Shown: positions 63,266 through 64,000 of the stretch, in pieces
How the letters are laid out: each line of letters begins with the position of its first letter
Numbering within the stretch: the stretch's first letter is position 1
Source of the DNA: Gracilinanus agilis
Taxonomy: Eukaryota
Assembly (NCBI RefSeq): GCF_016433145.1
Contig: NC_058135.1
Location: 174,658,486 to 174,722,485, forward strand
Direction: 5' to 3'
DNA: 64,000 bases
Notes under the pieces: model-generated
The model's database searches: none
Told to the model about the DNA's origin: nothing
The model's input: the letters and a program-made list of their open reading frames with translations, nothing else
Made by a program: the position numbers and the translations under genes

Positions 63266-64000
63266 TGAGACTTGGTAGATTCAAAGGGCTCGGAAGAAGT
63301 TAAAAACCACCCCAAACTTTTCCTCAGTCACACAGTCTGTGTACTAGTTCTTAGAGAAAACATGGGTGGAAAAGTTGATTCGGCCCATGGTTTGGGTGGC
63401 TTTTTCTAAGGCATCAGGAGAGGTAGTACAGCTGTGCCCTCCTGTTCTTTCCAAAATGGAATTTTAAGTTATTTTCATTTGAGTAATGTGAGGTAGCCCA
63501 GCTGGTATCTCCACGGGTGCCACAAATTTGCATAAATGAATAAGCAGCTCTTCAAAACTACAGTCACTGGTACAGGAAATATGTTCACTAATTCCCCTAA
63601 TAATTTAGCACATGACAGCTTGGACCTACTGATTTGTAGAGCTTGGAGTTTATAGGTATTCCCTTGCCTCCCTTAAATGCGGAGTTGTTCCAGACAAGGA
63701 TTCACTCTGACTTATAAACAGAGGAGAAAAGCCGGATAATCTCTTCCCATCATTCTTTCTAAAGATGAAATTTGGATATTGCAGCCAAATTCACATGTTT
63801 GTTTAGCAAGGGGAGAGTGAGAGGTGTGATGTTTATTCCCTTCCATTTATTAATGAGTAGTTTTGTTATTTCTTTCGTTTGCCTAATAATGTACTTCTAA
63901 TCCTTTGCTTAAAAACCATCCCTGCAGCCTGTCAGCTTCTAAGAACCTGAGAGGTTAAAGGAATCTCAAGAGATTTTTTAAGAAGCTATTAGAGTGAATT

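Larger units (their letters stand above)
1..64000 (+). other. APBB2: Internal part of the APBB2 gene body (long introns plus 3-4 coding exons)
   Basis: Three exons with canonical AG/GT ends and compatible phases translate to APBB2 sequence. The large N-terminal exon and the CFAVRSLGW exon are not seen, so both window edges are inferred to be intronic. Confidence 0.85.

Overview
Eukaryotic, AT-rich, CpG-depleted, repeat-dense DNA. The CORE-SINE (SINE1/MAR1-type) and L1 3'-end content points to a marsupial, most likely a didelphid opossum. The window is an internal part of APBB2 (FE65L1, amyloid-beta precursor protein binding family B member 2) on the + strand. Three coding exons are readable: the WW-domain exon (41404-41612) and two exons leading into PTB1 (47357-47442, 47540-47600). 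A fourth, 63-nt cassette exon is probably hidden in the N gap at 46860-47038. The rest is intron filled with L1, L2, L3/CR1, RTE, MIR, MAR1/SINE1, hAT MITEs, one probable solo LTR, microsatellites and four assembly gaps. The most striking unexplained structure is a 176-bp composite hAT element 210 nt downstream of the WW exon, with four TIRs, a perfect 8-bp TSD and a 48-bp stem closing a 20-nt loop. Also notable: a triple inverted duplication (8423-8893), a four-layer transposon nest (11910-12750), a NAGNAG acceptor on the WW exon and a bZIP/ZNF143 motif cluster at 39.1-39.3 kb. Repeat family names come from recognition by eye and repeat boundaries are approximate unless a TSD is quoted. I see no evidence for a new protein-coding system.
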